From the NCBI RefSeq assembly GCF_009914755.1, contig NC_060939.1: 64,000 bases of DNA; one strand, 5' to 3'. Below are positions 53,031-64,000 of the stretch, in pieces. Position numbers and translations under genes: made by a program. This DNA is from the human T2T-CHM13v2.0 reference genome, Homo sapiens. Positions within the stretch are counted from its first letter, which is position 1, and each line of letters begins with the position of its first letter. The notes under the pieces were generated by a model. The model was given only the letters and a program-made list of their open reading frames with translations. It made no database searches and was not told the origin of the DNA.

Positions 53031-53425
53031 ACAGGCAGGCGAAGACCCGAGATGTCCTTTGCAAGGGTCCCAGAACTCGCCAGTGGCTCAGTCCTCCTCA
53101 CTCCCAGAACAGTGCTCCTCCACACATGCGATGGCTTTTAATAAATATTTGAGTCACTCCCACTTCCAGTCTCTGCCCCTCCAGGCTCCACGTGCTCCTG
53201 GGTTCGTTCGGGTCGTTTTTGTCCCATAACTTTGGGCCAGAGGAGATCTGGATTTGGGCACAGAGGGAGATCAAACTCGGGTGGGATATCCAGTCATGCT
53301 GTCTGCTTTGTTTCCAGGGGTCTTCACGGCTTCTCTGCCCAGGGGCCAGAACCGAGGAGGCCAGGAGGGCTGCTGGGGCTAAGGGGTCTAAGGACCTCGT
53401 TGCACACGCTACCAGGAGCAGGGGC

Positions 53426-53522
53426 ATGGAGCACAGTGAGGGGGCTCCCGGAGACCCAGCCGGTACTGTGGTACCCCAGGAGCTGCTGGAAGAGATGCTT
53501 TGGTTTTTTCGTGTGGAAGATG
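53426..53522 (+). CDS. SLC51B: SLC51B exon 2 coding part (exon starts 53318)
   Basis: acceptor tttccag|G at 53317/53318; ggcATGG Kozak; [32 protein letters not shown]; donor G|gtaagt. Confidence 0.98.
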
Positions 53523-54219
53523 GTAAGTGGTGAGAGATTGACGGCAGGGGTGGGGGTGTGCCCCTCAACACAGAGCAGAGTTTGGCTGAAGGTCCTGACA
53601 CTGTCGTCCCCTCCAGGTCAGGCGGTACATTTCCTCCAAGACAGGGAATCAGTCGGGGTGTCTCAGTACCCAGAGGGGTCTGGCTGGACCGCCCCTTCCT
53701 TTTCTCAGGGTGTGGTCGCTTATTTATGCAGCCCTCCAATCATCACATTTATTAAGCTCCTACTCTGTACCAGACACTGTTCTCAGCACTGGGGCGACAA
53801 TAGTGAATAAAACACAAAAATCTCTGCCTTCATGGAATGTACATTCTAGTGGGGATTAAAAATAAACAACTAAAACGCATAGTGCGTTGGTGATGAGTAA
53901 TAAAAAGAAAAATTAAACAGAGAAAGAGAATAGGAAGTATGCAGCAAGGGCAGTAATGTGGTCAAGGAAGGCCTCACTAAAAAGGTGACATTTTTATCAT
54001 CAGGAAGGTGACTTGCAGGAAACTAAGGAAATAATTAGGTATGCAAATTATTTGGGGGAGGAACATTCCTGGAGGGAGGACAGCAAATGCAAGAGCTCTG
54101 AGGCTGGACCCTGCTTCATTTGGGTACAGCATGGACAAATCTTGAGTAGCCACATTCAGTTTAGTCACTTCATGTATTATCTGTGGGCAGTTGCCATTCC
54201 TTCCACCCTTCTCCCTGCC

Positions 54220-54565
<346 letters not shown>

Positions 54566-54937
54566 CTTCTTTCTTTTCCTTGTGCTCCGCAGGTCCAGCC
54601 CAGGCTGGCAAAACTGAAGATTGTGAAGTTTATCTTGGCCCACCTGTCTCCTGCCCTCCGTAGGCCTCTGCCCTTCACCCCTGTTGCCCCACTATTATTT
54701 AACTGCAGTACTGTCTCCTCCATTAGATTAGGGCTTCTCCAGAGTAGAGACTGTCTTCCACCCTCCCACCTGTTAGACTGGGAGTGCCCCAGGGCAAGGG
54801 GCCCATCTTTGATTAGGGTCTCCACGCAAAGGACAGTTGATGCTGTAAGCTGGGTCTGAGCCCAGGCCCCAGCTGTTAGCGGGCTTGAGAGGTGCCTGGC
54901 CATTCCTCAGGGCTCTGTCCTGTGTGTCCTTCCCCAG

Positions 54938-55028
54938 CATCTCCCTGGAATCATTCCATCCTTGCCCTGGCAGCTGTGGTGGTCATTATAAGCATGGTCC
55001 TCCTGGGAAGAAGCATCCAGGCAAGCAG
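54938..55028 (+). CDS. SLC51B: SLC51B exon 3 (single transmembrane helix)
   Basis: acceptor tccccag|CA, donor AG|gtgagg; [30 protein letters not shown]; 91 nt. Confidence 0.98.
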
Positions 55029-55809
55029 GTGAGGAGCTGGTCCTGGGGGGATGGGGTGGTCTCTGTGGGGTAGAGGCCCTGCCTTCCCAGAGGGAAATCT
55101 AGAGAGGGGTCACTTAGGGATCATTGCTGTCCACCCTTTGGGACAGCAAAATTCAGCCTTCAGTGTCCTTCGAGAACCCCAAGCTGTTAAAAACAAACAA
55201 ACAAACAAACAAACAAAAAACAGCAACAGTCCCTGATTACCACCCCCTGGCCCTGGACAGGAAGCAGGCATGACCTGGAGGAGTGTAGCCATTCAGAAGG
55301 CGAGCTTGCCCCTCTCACCCTATCAGCACACATGCACCTCAGCAAAGTCAACTCAGAGATGAGTGGCTGTCCATGGGTACAGCAGACCTGTTCCCCCTAC
55401 GACCCAGTCAGAATCTCTAGGCAGACAGCTTACCACCGCTGGGTCCCTCCACTATGGCCAGGAAGTCTAGGGGTACCTTGAATAAAACCAATCTGGAGAG
55501 AGGACAGACACATGGGAGTTATTAAGGAAGTGGGCAGTGGGAGCCAATGAAGGTGGTTGGGGGAGGGGAGTGATGTGTACACGATGGGGTTTTAGAAACA
55601 TGACTGGTGTTGTGCCTAGGCTGGTTTGGAGAAGGAAACACCTAGAGGCAGAGAGATTAGTTAGAAATTTCCTGCAGTAGTGTGAGGGATGAGGTGTGTG
55701 GTGACAAGGACCTACGCTAAGTAGGATGACAGTCCAAGGTCAGAGACAGTGTGGTTAGGTGAAAAGAACACAGGATTCAAGAGTCAGGAGGCTTAAGTGC
55801 ACACACTAG

Positions 55810-56126
<317 letters not shown>

Positions 56127-56391
56127 TGAAGCACATTTCCTCACTTGGAAGGTGCGGGGGTGGCAATGATACTTGAGCTCACAGGTGACAGTAAGGATTC
56201 CTTGAGATGACACACACTCAAGGGTAAGCCATTTCTCTGTTGAAGGAATATCCAACCATTGCCGCTTCTCCTCTAGTAGCTCCCAAACTGCATAGAGAAT
56301 TTTCCCCTTAGACTCTTTAAGCCATTTGGGCGACCCAGTCCTGCCCCAACCACTCAGCCCCCCTCATTAACACTGTTCCCTGTCCCCCCAG

Positions 56392-56590
56392 AAAAGAAAA
56401 GATGCAGCCACCAGAAAAAGAAACTCCAGAAGTCCTGCATTTGGATGAGGCCAAGGATCACAACAGCCTAAACAACCTAAGAGAAACTTTGCTCTCAGAA
56501 AAGCCAAACTTGGCCCAGGTGGAACTTGAGTTAAAAGAGAGAGATGTGCTGTCAGTTTTCCTTCCGGATGTACCAGAAACTGAGAGCTAG
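56392..56590 (+). CDS. SLC51B: SLC51B exon 4 coding part to stop
   Basis: acceptor cccccag|A; [16 protein letters not shown]...[11 protein letters not shown]; total CDS 387 nt = 128 aa. Confidence 0.98.
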
Positions 56591-56769
56591 TGAGGGTTCA
56601 GAGAAGCCCCATCCTAAGCCAGACACATGATGTGGGCTCAGCTCAGTGGCCTGAAACCTCTCAGGTTTTAGAGTCTCTCCCAAGAAGCCGCTTTTTTCTT
56701 TTTCTTTCTTTCTTTTTTTTTTTCTTAGCAGATACAATGAATGAACTGCAAGCAAACTAAAATTCTGTT

Positions 56770-56792
56770 ATTAAAAAAAATCTTTTATTAAA
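56770..56792. terminator. Poly(A) signals of SLC51B (+; ATTAAA 56770-56775 and 56787-56792) and RASL12 (-; AATAAA 56784-56789)
   Basis: hexamers read directly; convergent gene ends; GT-rich downstream elements on both strands. Confidence 0.8.
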
Positions 56793-57876
56793 ATGCTCCT
56801 GGAAGGGAGCAGGTGGTATTGCATAGTTTGTTCAGATGGCAGTGGTACACACACACATACACACACAAGTGGCCTGGAGCAAAAGTGCAAAATCCGTAGC
56901 TGGCCTGTGGGTCGGGAAGCCTGTAGGACTGCAAGCATGTGGTCTTGAGTAGTTCACAGCCCCCCTCTGACCTCAGCTCCTCCATTTACAGAATGAGTCC
57001 GAAGACTGGGTCAGAGATGCTGTTTGCAATCCAACAGTAGTCCTGAGACTGCTGAGAGGGGAAGGAGCAGGCTTCCAGGCCCAGAATCCCCTTCCCAATC
57101 CTTCCACCCACCAGGACCCTCTCTTTTCCCTGCTTGTCTGCTAAGAGTCTGTGCAAGACTTCCCTGGGACCTGGCGTGTGGTAAACAAAATCAGACAACT
57201 ACCACACTGCCTGCCTTGGACAGCCTTTTCTTGCTAACAGTGGGATCTCAAAGGTGTGTCCTGATCCCATGTCTGAGCCATGGTGTCTTGGTATAAGCTG
57301 CGGTGACACCACCAAATAACATAAGCAAAATTTTGCTTTATTAACCCAAAATGCTTTAGGTTCTAAAGTGGGCTTTGAACACTCAGACTCATTGCTGAGG
57401 GTCCTGGGTCCTGCCAAACCAGATGACAAACGGGTATACTGTGTTTCTACCTGCAGGGGGGCAGGCCCTGTAGCCCCTGGATGGGTCTGATGCTGCTGTG
57501 GGCTCCCTGGAGCCCTGGGTAACTCACTGGAGTGACAACTTTCTTCTGCAGCCTGGATCATTAAGCTTGAGGGAGCTGATGCTGAGGTTCTTTGGACAGA
57601 GTCCTTAACAGTGGGAAAACACATGGAGAATCTGTCTGCTGGTGAAAGAACTCTGGGGCTCCTTATGCTGGACAACCTACAGTCCCTCCCTTTTATCCTC
57701 ATTGAGACGCCAAGTGTTGGAAATACCCCTTCCTGGGGCTTCTGTCCATTGGATTATTTTAACTAGATTTTCCTTGGATAAACTGTGGGGTTTGTAGCCT
57801 GGGCCTTCTGTGAAGTCAGCAGATGACAGGAGGGCCAGGCTCTGGCCTCTGAAACTGCAGCCGCCCTGCCTTTCCC

Positions 57877-57892
57877 GTCCACCAGGTGGCAC
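57877..57892 (+). promoter_or_regulatory. Candidate CTCF site
   Basis: CCACCAGGTGGCAC matches the core CCASYAGRKGGCRS. Confidence 0.55.
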
Positions 57893-58324
57893 AAGGACCC
57901 CAGGCTGTCATTCCGCAGGCTGTTCTCGGGCCTGACATTGACAGAGCCATCCACCCAGACCATCCACTAAGGCCACAGCTGGCCCAACTGTAGCTGGAGC
58001 AGGAAGGGCTGATGGCAGCAGGATAGACACTGCAATTTCTTCCTACTTAAGGCTGACCCCAGGTCTCTGGGTTGTCACAGTGGCTGTTTCCCTCTACGGC
58101 CACAGACGCGGTGGTTACCATGAAGACCAAGGCCTGGAGGGAACAGAAGCAGCATCCCTGCCTGCCACTCCAGCTCACACAGTGAATTGAGTGTAGGGAC
58201 ACTGCTTGGTGCTGGAGGCGGGGTCTGCTGTCCATCAGACGGAAAGGCTGGTGGTGAGAAGCCAGTCCCTGTCCTGCTGCAGTCCTGTCCAGCCACCGAG
58301 CCTAGGCTTCCTGGGGAGGGGGCC

Positions 58325-58700
58325 TCAGAAGATCTTGAAGCCCTTCAGGAGAGTCAGGGTAGGCGCCTTGCGCTTGCTCTGGGCCCGGGATGACTTCACG
58401 GTGACCAGCTTGGCCTGGGCCACAGTGGGCATCTCCTTCAGGTTGATGGTGGAGAGCGTGTTGAAGGTGCAGCTGGCCAGCCCATGCCGCGCGGTGAGCG
58501 GGGCCTGGTGGGGCAGGGCCCTCTCCTCGGAGATGAAGAGGGGCCGGGTCAGGGGGCTCTTCTCCAGCTCCCGCCGTGCCTCTCGCACTGCCTCGTGGAA
58601 GACATGCTGCACGTGCTCAAAGTCCAGACAGGCAGAGACCTCGAAAAACAGGCACCCAAACCTGCCTGCCAAAGCCACACCCTCTGCCTTGGTGACTTGC
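58325..58700 (-). CDS. RASL12: RASL12 last coding exon (G5 motif and C-terminal extension)
   Basis: acceptor caccag|G; QVTKAEGVALAGRFGCLFFEVSACLDF...TLLKGFKIF-TGA. Confidence 0.97.
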
Positions 58701-58769
58701 CTGGTGAGGAAGCAGTGTGAGGCAGGGAGTTAGGAGCAGGCTGTGCCAAGTCAGGCAGACCAGCTCCTA

Positions 58770-58958
58770 CACCCAGCGCCCCATGGACTAGCTGGGTGGC
58801 CTGGGGTCATCTTCACCTCTCTGAGTCTCAGCGTTCTTATCAGTACAGTGGGTTACTGCCCTCTGCCTCTCAGGGTTGTTAGGATTACGAAAGACAATTT
58901 GTTTCAAGTGCTTAGCACAGTACCTGGCACAGAGTCAGTGCTCAATAAATGGTAGCTG
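58770..58958 (+). mobile_element. MIR
   Basis: agggttgttaggatta...cttagcacagtacctggcacagagtcagtgctcaataaatggtagct. Confidence 0.8.
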
Positions 58959-59228
58959 ATGTCACCCAGGCCAGAATTTTGGGATGAGGGTAAGGGTAAG
59001 AAGCTACTCCAAATCCCCTATGCTAGACCCTGCCTGTGGCTGGAGGAAGCAGGCCATTCCCAGCCCCATCTCTTCTCTACCCCATCGTGGGTCCCTGGGG
59101 CAGGAAACAGGCCACCCACAGCTCTGGCTTGTGGGATCAGCTCTAGAGAGAAGCAGTCGTTTGGACTGAAGGGTTAGACCACAGAGGTGACTCCAGAAGC
59201 CTGTGGTTGGCAGAGTTCTCAGGGCTCC

Positions 59229-60005
59229 TGGGGTTTGTGTTTGTGAAAATTCATTATTCAAGCCCTCACAATGACAAAGTTGCAGATTCAAGCTCATCAT
59301 AAAAGCAAATAATAAAACCAGGGCAGAGGCAGGAGAGGGCAGGGGGGACAACATTTCATGGTGAGGAGGGCAAAAGGAGAGAGGGGGCAACACCTATTCT
59401 GCCTTGGTCCTACACCACCTCCCGTGAAGGGAGGATAGAATATCCGGAACTTGGGAAGGTCCTGGAGGCTTCTGACCTGAAAGCCATGGGAATCGAGGCG
59501 GGAAGAAAAAGAAGACTGGCCTTGCATAGGTCGGATGTCTACAAGAGGGAAGAGATGGGGGGGTCCCTGAGGTCTTGGGGCCAAGACTCCACTGGCTGGA
59601 TCTTCCTGACCTACTGCTGAGCTGTCCCGCTGCCCATTCCCGAGGATAATGGCACAGCCACTAGATGAGAGGAGGCACTCGAGTGGGCCATGGTGGGAAA
59701 AGTTTCTGAGCCCAAGGCTGACCTGGCAGGAGCAGGGGCTGAGAGTGGGCTAGCTTCCCAGAGTGCCACTCCATGGTGAGGCACGCGGTCTCAGAGAGAG
59801 TGAGTAACTGGGACAAAAAAGAGTCAGAGGCATCGGATCTATTCCCCACCCAGGGCTGGGTGCCCTGGTGCCAGTAAGCTCACCGCTTCCTGAGGAACCC
59901 TTTTGGAAAGAACACTTGCTATTATTTGCTTTTATGATGAGCTTGAATCTGCAACTTTGTCATTGTGGGGGCTTGAATAATGAATTTTCACAAACACAAA
60001 CCCCA
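59229..60005. repeat. Non-Alu inverted repeat, 86-bp arms (59229-59314, 59920-60005), 605-bp spacer
   Basis: arms are reverse complements at 85 of 86 positions (59266 T vs 59968 G). Confidence 0.97.
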
Positions 60006-61415
60006 TGTGTGCGTGCATGTGTGTGAGTGGGTGACAGAGGCACAGAACATTGTCCTTTTTCTTATTTTGTTGCATCCTAGGGAAAATTTTATCAGTGGCT
60101 TGGGAAGCATCAACCTAACCGACATTTTACCCTTTTAACAGTGAGACAGTCGTGGGAGACAATGGCCAATGCTCAGCTAAAAGTTAGACTTCCTGTGCTT
60201 CCCAGAATCCTAATCTACTAAACTTGGGACTTGATCGAAGAATGAAATAGGAATACATTGTCCTGAGTTGTTTTTAGGGAACGGGTGGGATCAGCTTCAT
60301 TTGAGCATGTATGCTTTGTTATTTGCTCCCAAACCATTTTAGACAATCCCTTTGGCAAAGATTGGGGTCAAAAGAGTGATCTGTGCTTTTTTCCCTGTAC
60401 TGAAAACTGGCCTACTCACAATCCAGTCTTCTGACCCCTAAGAGGGTCTGCAATTCCTCAAAGACTACCTTCAGCAGCTTTCAGGTCACATGACTTCCCT
60501 CATTCTCTGAGACACAATTTGCCTAGGTCTGAGGGCTTGGCCACCTTTGAAGGCCTCTCACCATAGTCCCCTTTCACGGTCCCACACCTCTCTTTTTCCC
60601 ACGGCCCATCTGACCCGTTCTAAACAAAGGGTCCCTTCCTTGCTAACACCAGTCAATGTGCCCTTGGGGCCTAGGGCAGCAGGACTGACCAACCGTGAAC
60701 AGGGAGGGATGAGTGGCTGGTGGAAGGGGCTATCCCTTGCAGGTAGACTGGCCACAGAGGACAAAGGTCAGTGCTGGAGAAATCCAGTGGCATTACTCAT
60801 CAAGTTCAGGCATCACAGTGTCAAATGCTTCAGGGCCAGGCGGGCAACTTGAATGTGTGGAAAGGGTGGAGGTAAACCACGGGGAGTGGTGAGGCCTGGG
60901 GTCGGCTGGAGAGAGCGTGCCCCACCTCAAAGCATTCCAATTCTAGGTCTTTTAAGACACTATGCCAGCCAAGCAAAATATGGCTGCAGTATTCTTCAGT
61001 AATGCATCCTCTGGCCCAGTCTCTGACCTCCGATTCGAGTCCAACCCTTTCTAAGAGAACCTGCCCTCAGCCCAGCCAACTGTGGGAGTGAGAGTGGGAG
61101 GCTGCGTCTGGGTGAGGTGAGAGCCGATTGGACCAGAGCAGACACCTGACCAAGGAGCCCATCAGAGCCTCTCTCCTTAGAATTGGAATTGGGCACTAGA
61201 CCAGTCAGCTGCTGGGAGTGAGATCGGAAGGTCAGATAGATTCATGCAAGAAGGGTGAGTCCAAGAGAATCCACAGAGACCCAAGAGCGCGGAAGGAGTG
61301 GCCACTCTTCTGACTTTCAGGGTGCAGTTGCTGTGTGACCCAGAAGCGTTTCCCTTCAAGTCCTTGGCTGCCTGGAAGACCAACATCTACCATACCCTTA
61401 CAACATAATCCCTGT

Positions 61416-61780
<365 letters not shown>

Positions 61781-61852
61781 TCAAGATGCCACCTGACCTT
61801 ACAAGTGAAGAAAGCGAGCTCTGGAGATAAGGGCCAAGCAGGCTGTGCTCAC

Positions 61853-62043
61853 CTGTACTGAGCCATGTCCAGCTTGTTGCCCAGCAGCAGGGCAGGGATG
61901 CTGCGCTGTGTCTCCTTCGCGTGCAAGGCAAGCAGCTCCAGGTAGCTGCTGCTGCTATCAAAGCTCTGGCGGCTGTCGACGCTGTACACCACCAGGAAGG
62001 CATGGGCCCAGTTCAGGTAGCGCTCGCAGTTCCTGGGGGTGTC
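61853..62043 (-). CDS. RASL12: RASL12 penultimate coding exon (G4 motif NKLD)
   Basis: acceptor ccccag|GAC, donor AG|gtgagc; DTPRNCERYLNWAHAFLVVYSV...LLGNKLDMAQYR; 191 nt. Confidence 0.97.
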
Positions 62044-62770
62044 CTGGGGTGAAGGAGAGAAGCCCCGCCGGGGGGCAGAGGAGGTTGGGGTAAAGGCCTT
62101 CACCTGAGCCGCCCAATCCCACCTCCCCACTCCCCGGTCTTTGTATATTGTTTCTCAGCAGAGCCCTTTCAAAGGGGCACTTGAGTGTGGATTTGGCTTG
62201 GTGTGAAAGGAGACATTGTCTCATGAACCTCCCTCCCACCACCCAGCCAGAGACTTGGAGACCTTGGCCCCTTGGGCCCAGAGCCAAAGACTCTGGCATG
62301 GTCCCTACAGAGACCTGGCTGTCCCTGGGCACCACTGGTTTTGGGTTGAGTTCATGCTGCCCCTTTGGCTTCTGAGAGTAACTGGCATCCAGCCTTGGCA
62401 GGGGGTGGTGAGGACATGGGGGGAGACTTGTGTGTGGGAGAGACCTGGGCCGAGGGGCTCTCACCAGGAGCATCTGTGTAAACAGGTGTGCACCTGTCTC
62501 CTCGTGTGCACAGGCACAGAGCCCCACAGCACAGGATCTCAGAGCAGATGCCAGCAACCATCATGTCTCTCGAGGCCCTGTCCCATCCTTCTCATTTGGC
62601 AAAGGAAGGATTCAGACCCAGAGAGGTCAAGTGCCTCATTCAGGGTTACACAGCAAAGTTGAGCTTAAAAGGCATCTAAATGCCTATCTGAGGTCCCGCA
62701 CTCTGGGCCAGGACTTCTCAGGAGGCTATACTGACTCACAGCAGTGCATAGGTAATGGAGGTAATGTTAC

Positions 62771-62844
62771 CAGGTCTGCAGTGTCCATGACCCTCAGGTG
62801 GACAGGCTGGTGGTCCACAGTCTCCTCGGAGCTGTAGGTGTCCT
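62771..62844 (-). CDS. RASL12: RASL12 internal coding exon (switch I end to G3); upstream exons lie beyond the window
   Basis: acceptor ttgtag|AG, donor CTG|gtaaca; EDTYSSEETVDHQPVHLRVMDTADL; 74 nt. Confidence 0.96.
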
Positions 62845-63727
62845 CTACAACACAGATGGTTAGCCAGGTCAGACACAGTGCCTTGGGTGTAAGTTTGAGC
62901 TTCCCTCTGTGCTAGACCCCTGTGTGGCCTGGGGGGACCTTAGCAGCTGCTCTGGGGCTGGGACCACTGGAAAGTCCTTGGTTCTCACCCACATGGAGGC
63001 TACAGGCAGAACCTCCCACCAAGGAGATGCTGCTCCACCTGCAGGGCTCAGCATCAGTGGTCACTCACAGACCACACCTCGGGGGTGGGTCTGTGTTCTG
63101 GATCCACACACAAAACCAGCAGGATAGAGTCGAGTGTGTGGCCCCTAGACCCTGTTAGCAGCACAGGCTGGCTCAGGAGCAACACTGCTAGCCCCTCTAT
63201 CCCAGAACCCCAGGCTTTCCCACTCTCTTCCCCCTCAACCAACCTCCTGTCCCCAGTGGGAGAAGAGACAAGGGAAAAGAGAAGTACACAATACAATGGA
63301 AGGAATGGCAGTCAGACCCCTTTTAGAAGTTCCGAGAAGGTTTTACAAATAATCCTTGTCAACATGACAGCAGGGGAGTCTAGTGTAGTCAGAAGTTTTC
63401 AGTTGGAGAATGTGGTATTAAACCCAATGTCAGCTGCTTTTTAGCTTTGTGACTTGGCCAAATCACTTCAGCTCTCTGAGGCTGTTTCCTCATTTTAAAA
63501 TGGGAACACTGTGATAACATTGCTAACAGTTTCCAAGCCTTTCCTTTGTCCCAGGCGCTGTGCTAAGTGCTTGACATTAGCTCATTTAACGGTCCCATCT
63601 CCCAGGGCTCTGTAAGAACTGGATGGGCCCCCCAGGCATGGGGCCTGGCTCACCATACATGCCTGGTGAGGGCAGTGGGAATGATGGTGTTCCAAAGTTA
63701 ATAGGGCAGGATCACATTCCCAGGTGA

Positions 63728-63925
63728 TTTTTTTTTTAACTTTTGAAATAACTTTAGACTGACATAGAAGTTGTAAAATAGTAGAGTTCCTGTGTACTCT
63801 TCACCCAGCTTCCCCCAGTGTCATCACCTTACATAACCATAGCCCAATGATCAAAAAGAAATTTACATTGATACCATACTATGAACCAAACTAGTGACCT
63901 TATTTGAATTTCTCGAGTTGTTACT
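63728..63925 (-). mobile_element. Old L1 (L1MC-like) 3' fragment
   Basis: ttttgaaataactttagact...cttcacccagcttcccc. Confidence 0.65.
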
Positions 63926-64000
63926 TTTTTTATATATATGGTTCTCATGATCTCAAATCTGAGAAAGCAACAAGTGGCCAGGCATGCAGAGGACCTTGCG

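Larger units (their letters stand above)
56765..58324 (-). other. RASL12: RASL12 3'UTR
   Basis: between stop codon 58325 and AATAAA at 56784-56789 on minus; end inferred. Confidence 0.75.

Noticed and set aside
53098-53810. Overlapping 113-213 aa ORFs around SLC51B exon 2, including an in-frame upstream extension
   Set aside because: Shadow ORFs in GC-rich sequence; the spliced in-frame extension has no upstream ATG and meets a TAA at 48935-48937.
57199-57702. 167-aa ATG ORF in the RASL12 3'UTR
   Set aside because: No recognisable homology or domain, and length is plausible by chance at this GC content; Ribo-seq or PhyloCSF would be needed.
58206-58733. 175-aa ORF antisense to the last RASL12 exon
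   Set aside because: Antisense shadow of a GC3-rich coding exon.

Overview
Human genomic DNA, recognised from memory as 15q22.31, with three spliced protein-coding genes. (1) MTFMT, mitochondrial methionyl-tRNA formyltransferase, is complete on the minus strand: 9 coding exons from ATG 33023 to TAG 6468, 1170 nt / 389 aa, all introns GT-AG, an Alu-rich 3'UTR to about 4915 and a CpG-island/NRF1 promoter. (2) SLC51B (OST-beta) is complete on the plus strand: non-coding exon 1 near 48800-49018, CDS 53426-56590 in 3 exons (128 aa), with an FXR-type IR1 in its promoter. (3) The last three exons of RASL12 lie on the minus strand, tail-to-tail with SLC51B. MTFMT intron 2 contains a nearly intact TMEM126A processed pseudogene. 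The rest is about 50 Alus plus L1, L2, MIR, LTR and DNA-transposon relics. I find no firm evidence for a wholly new gene system. The best unexplained structures are: an 86-bp, 85/86-identical non-Alu inverted repeat in RASL12's last intron; an RFX X-box/CCAAT module suggesting an internal SLC51B promoter; physically overlapping poly(A) signals shared by SLC51B and RASL12; a 59-bp orphan retro-insertion with TSDs in MTFMT intron 4; and a short L1 with a probable 3' transduction. Repeat subfamily names are from memory and repeat boundaries are approximate.
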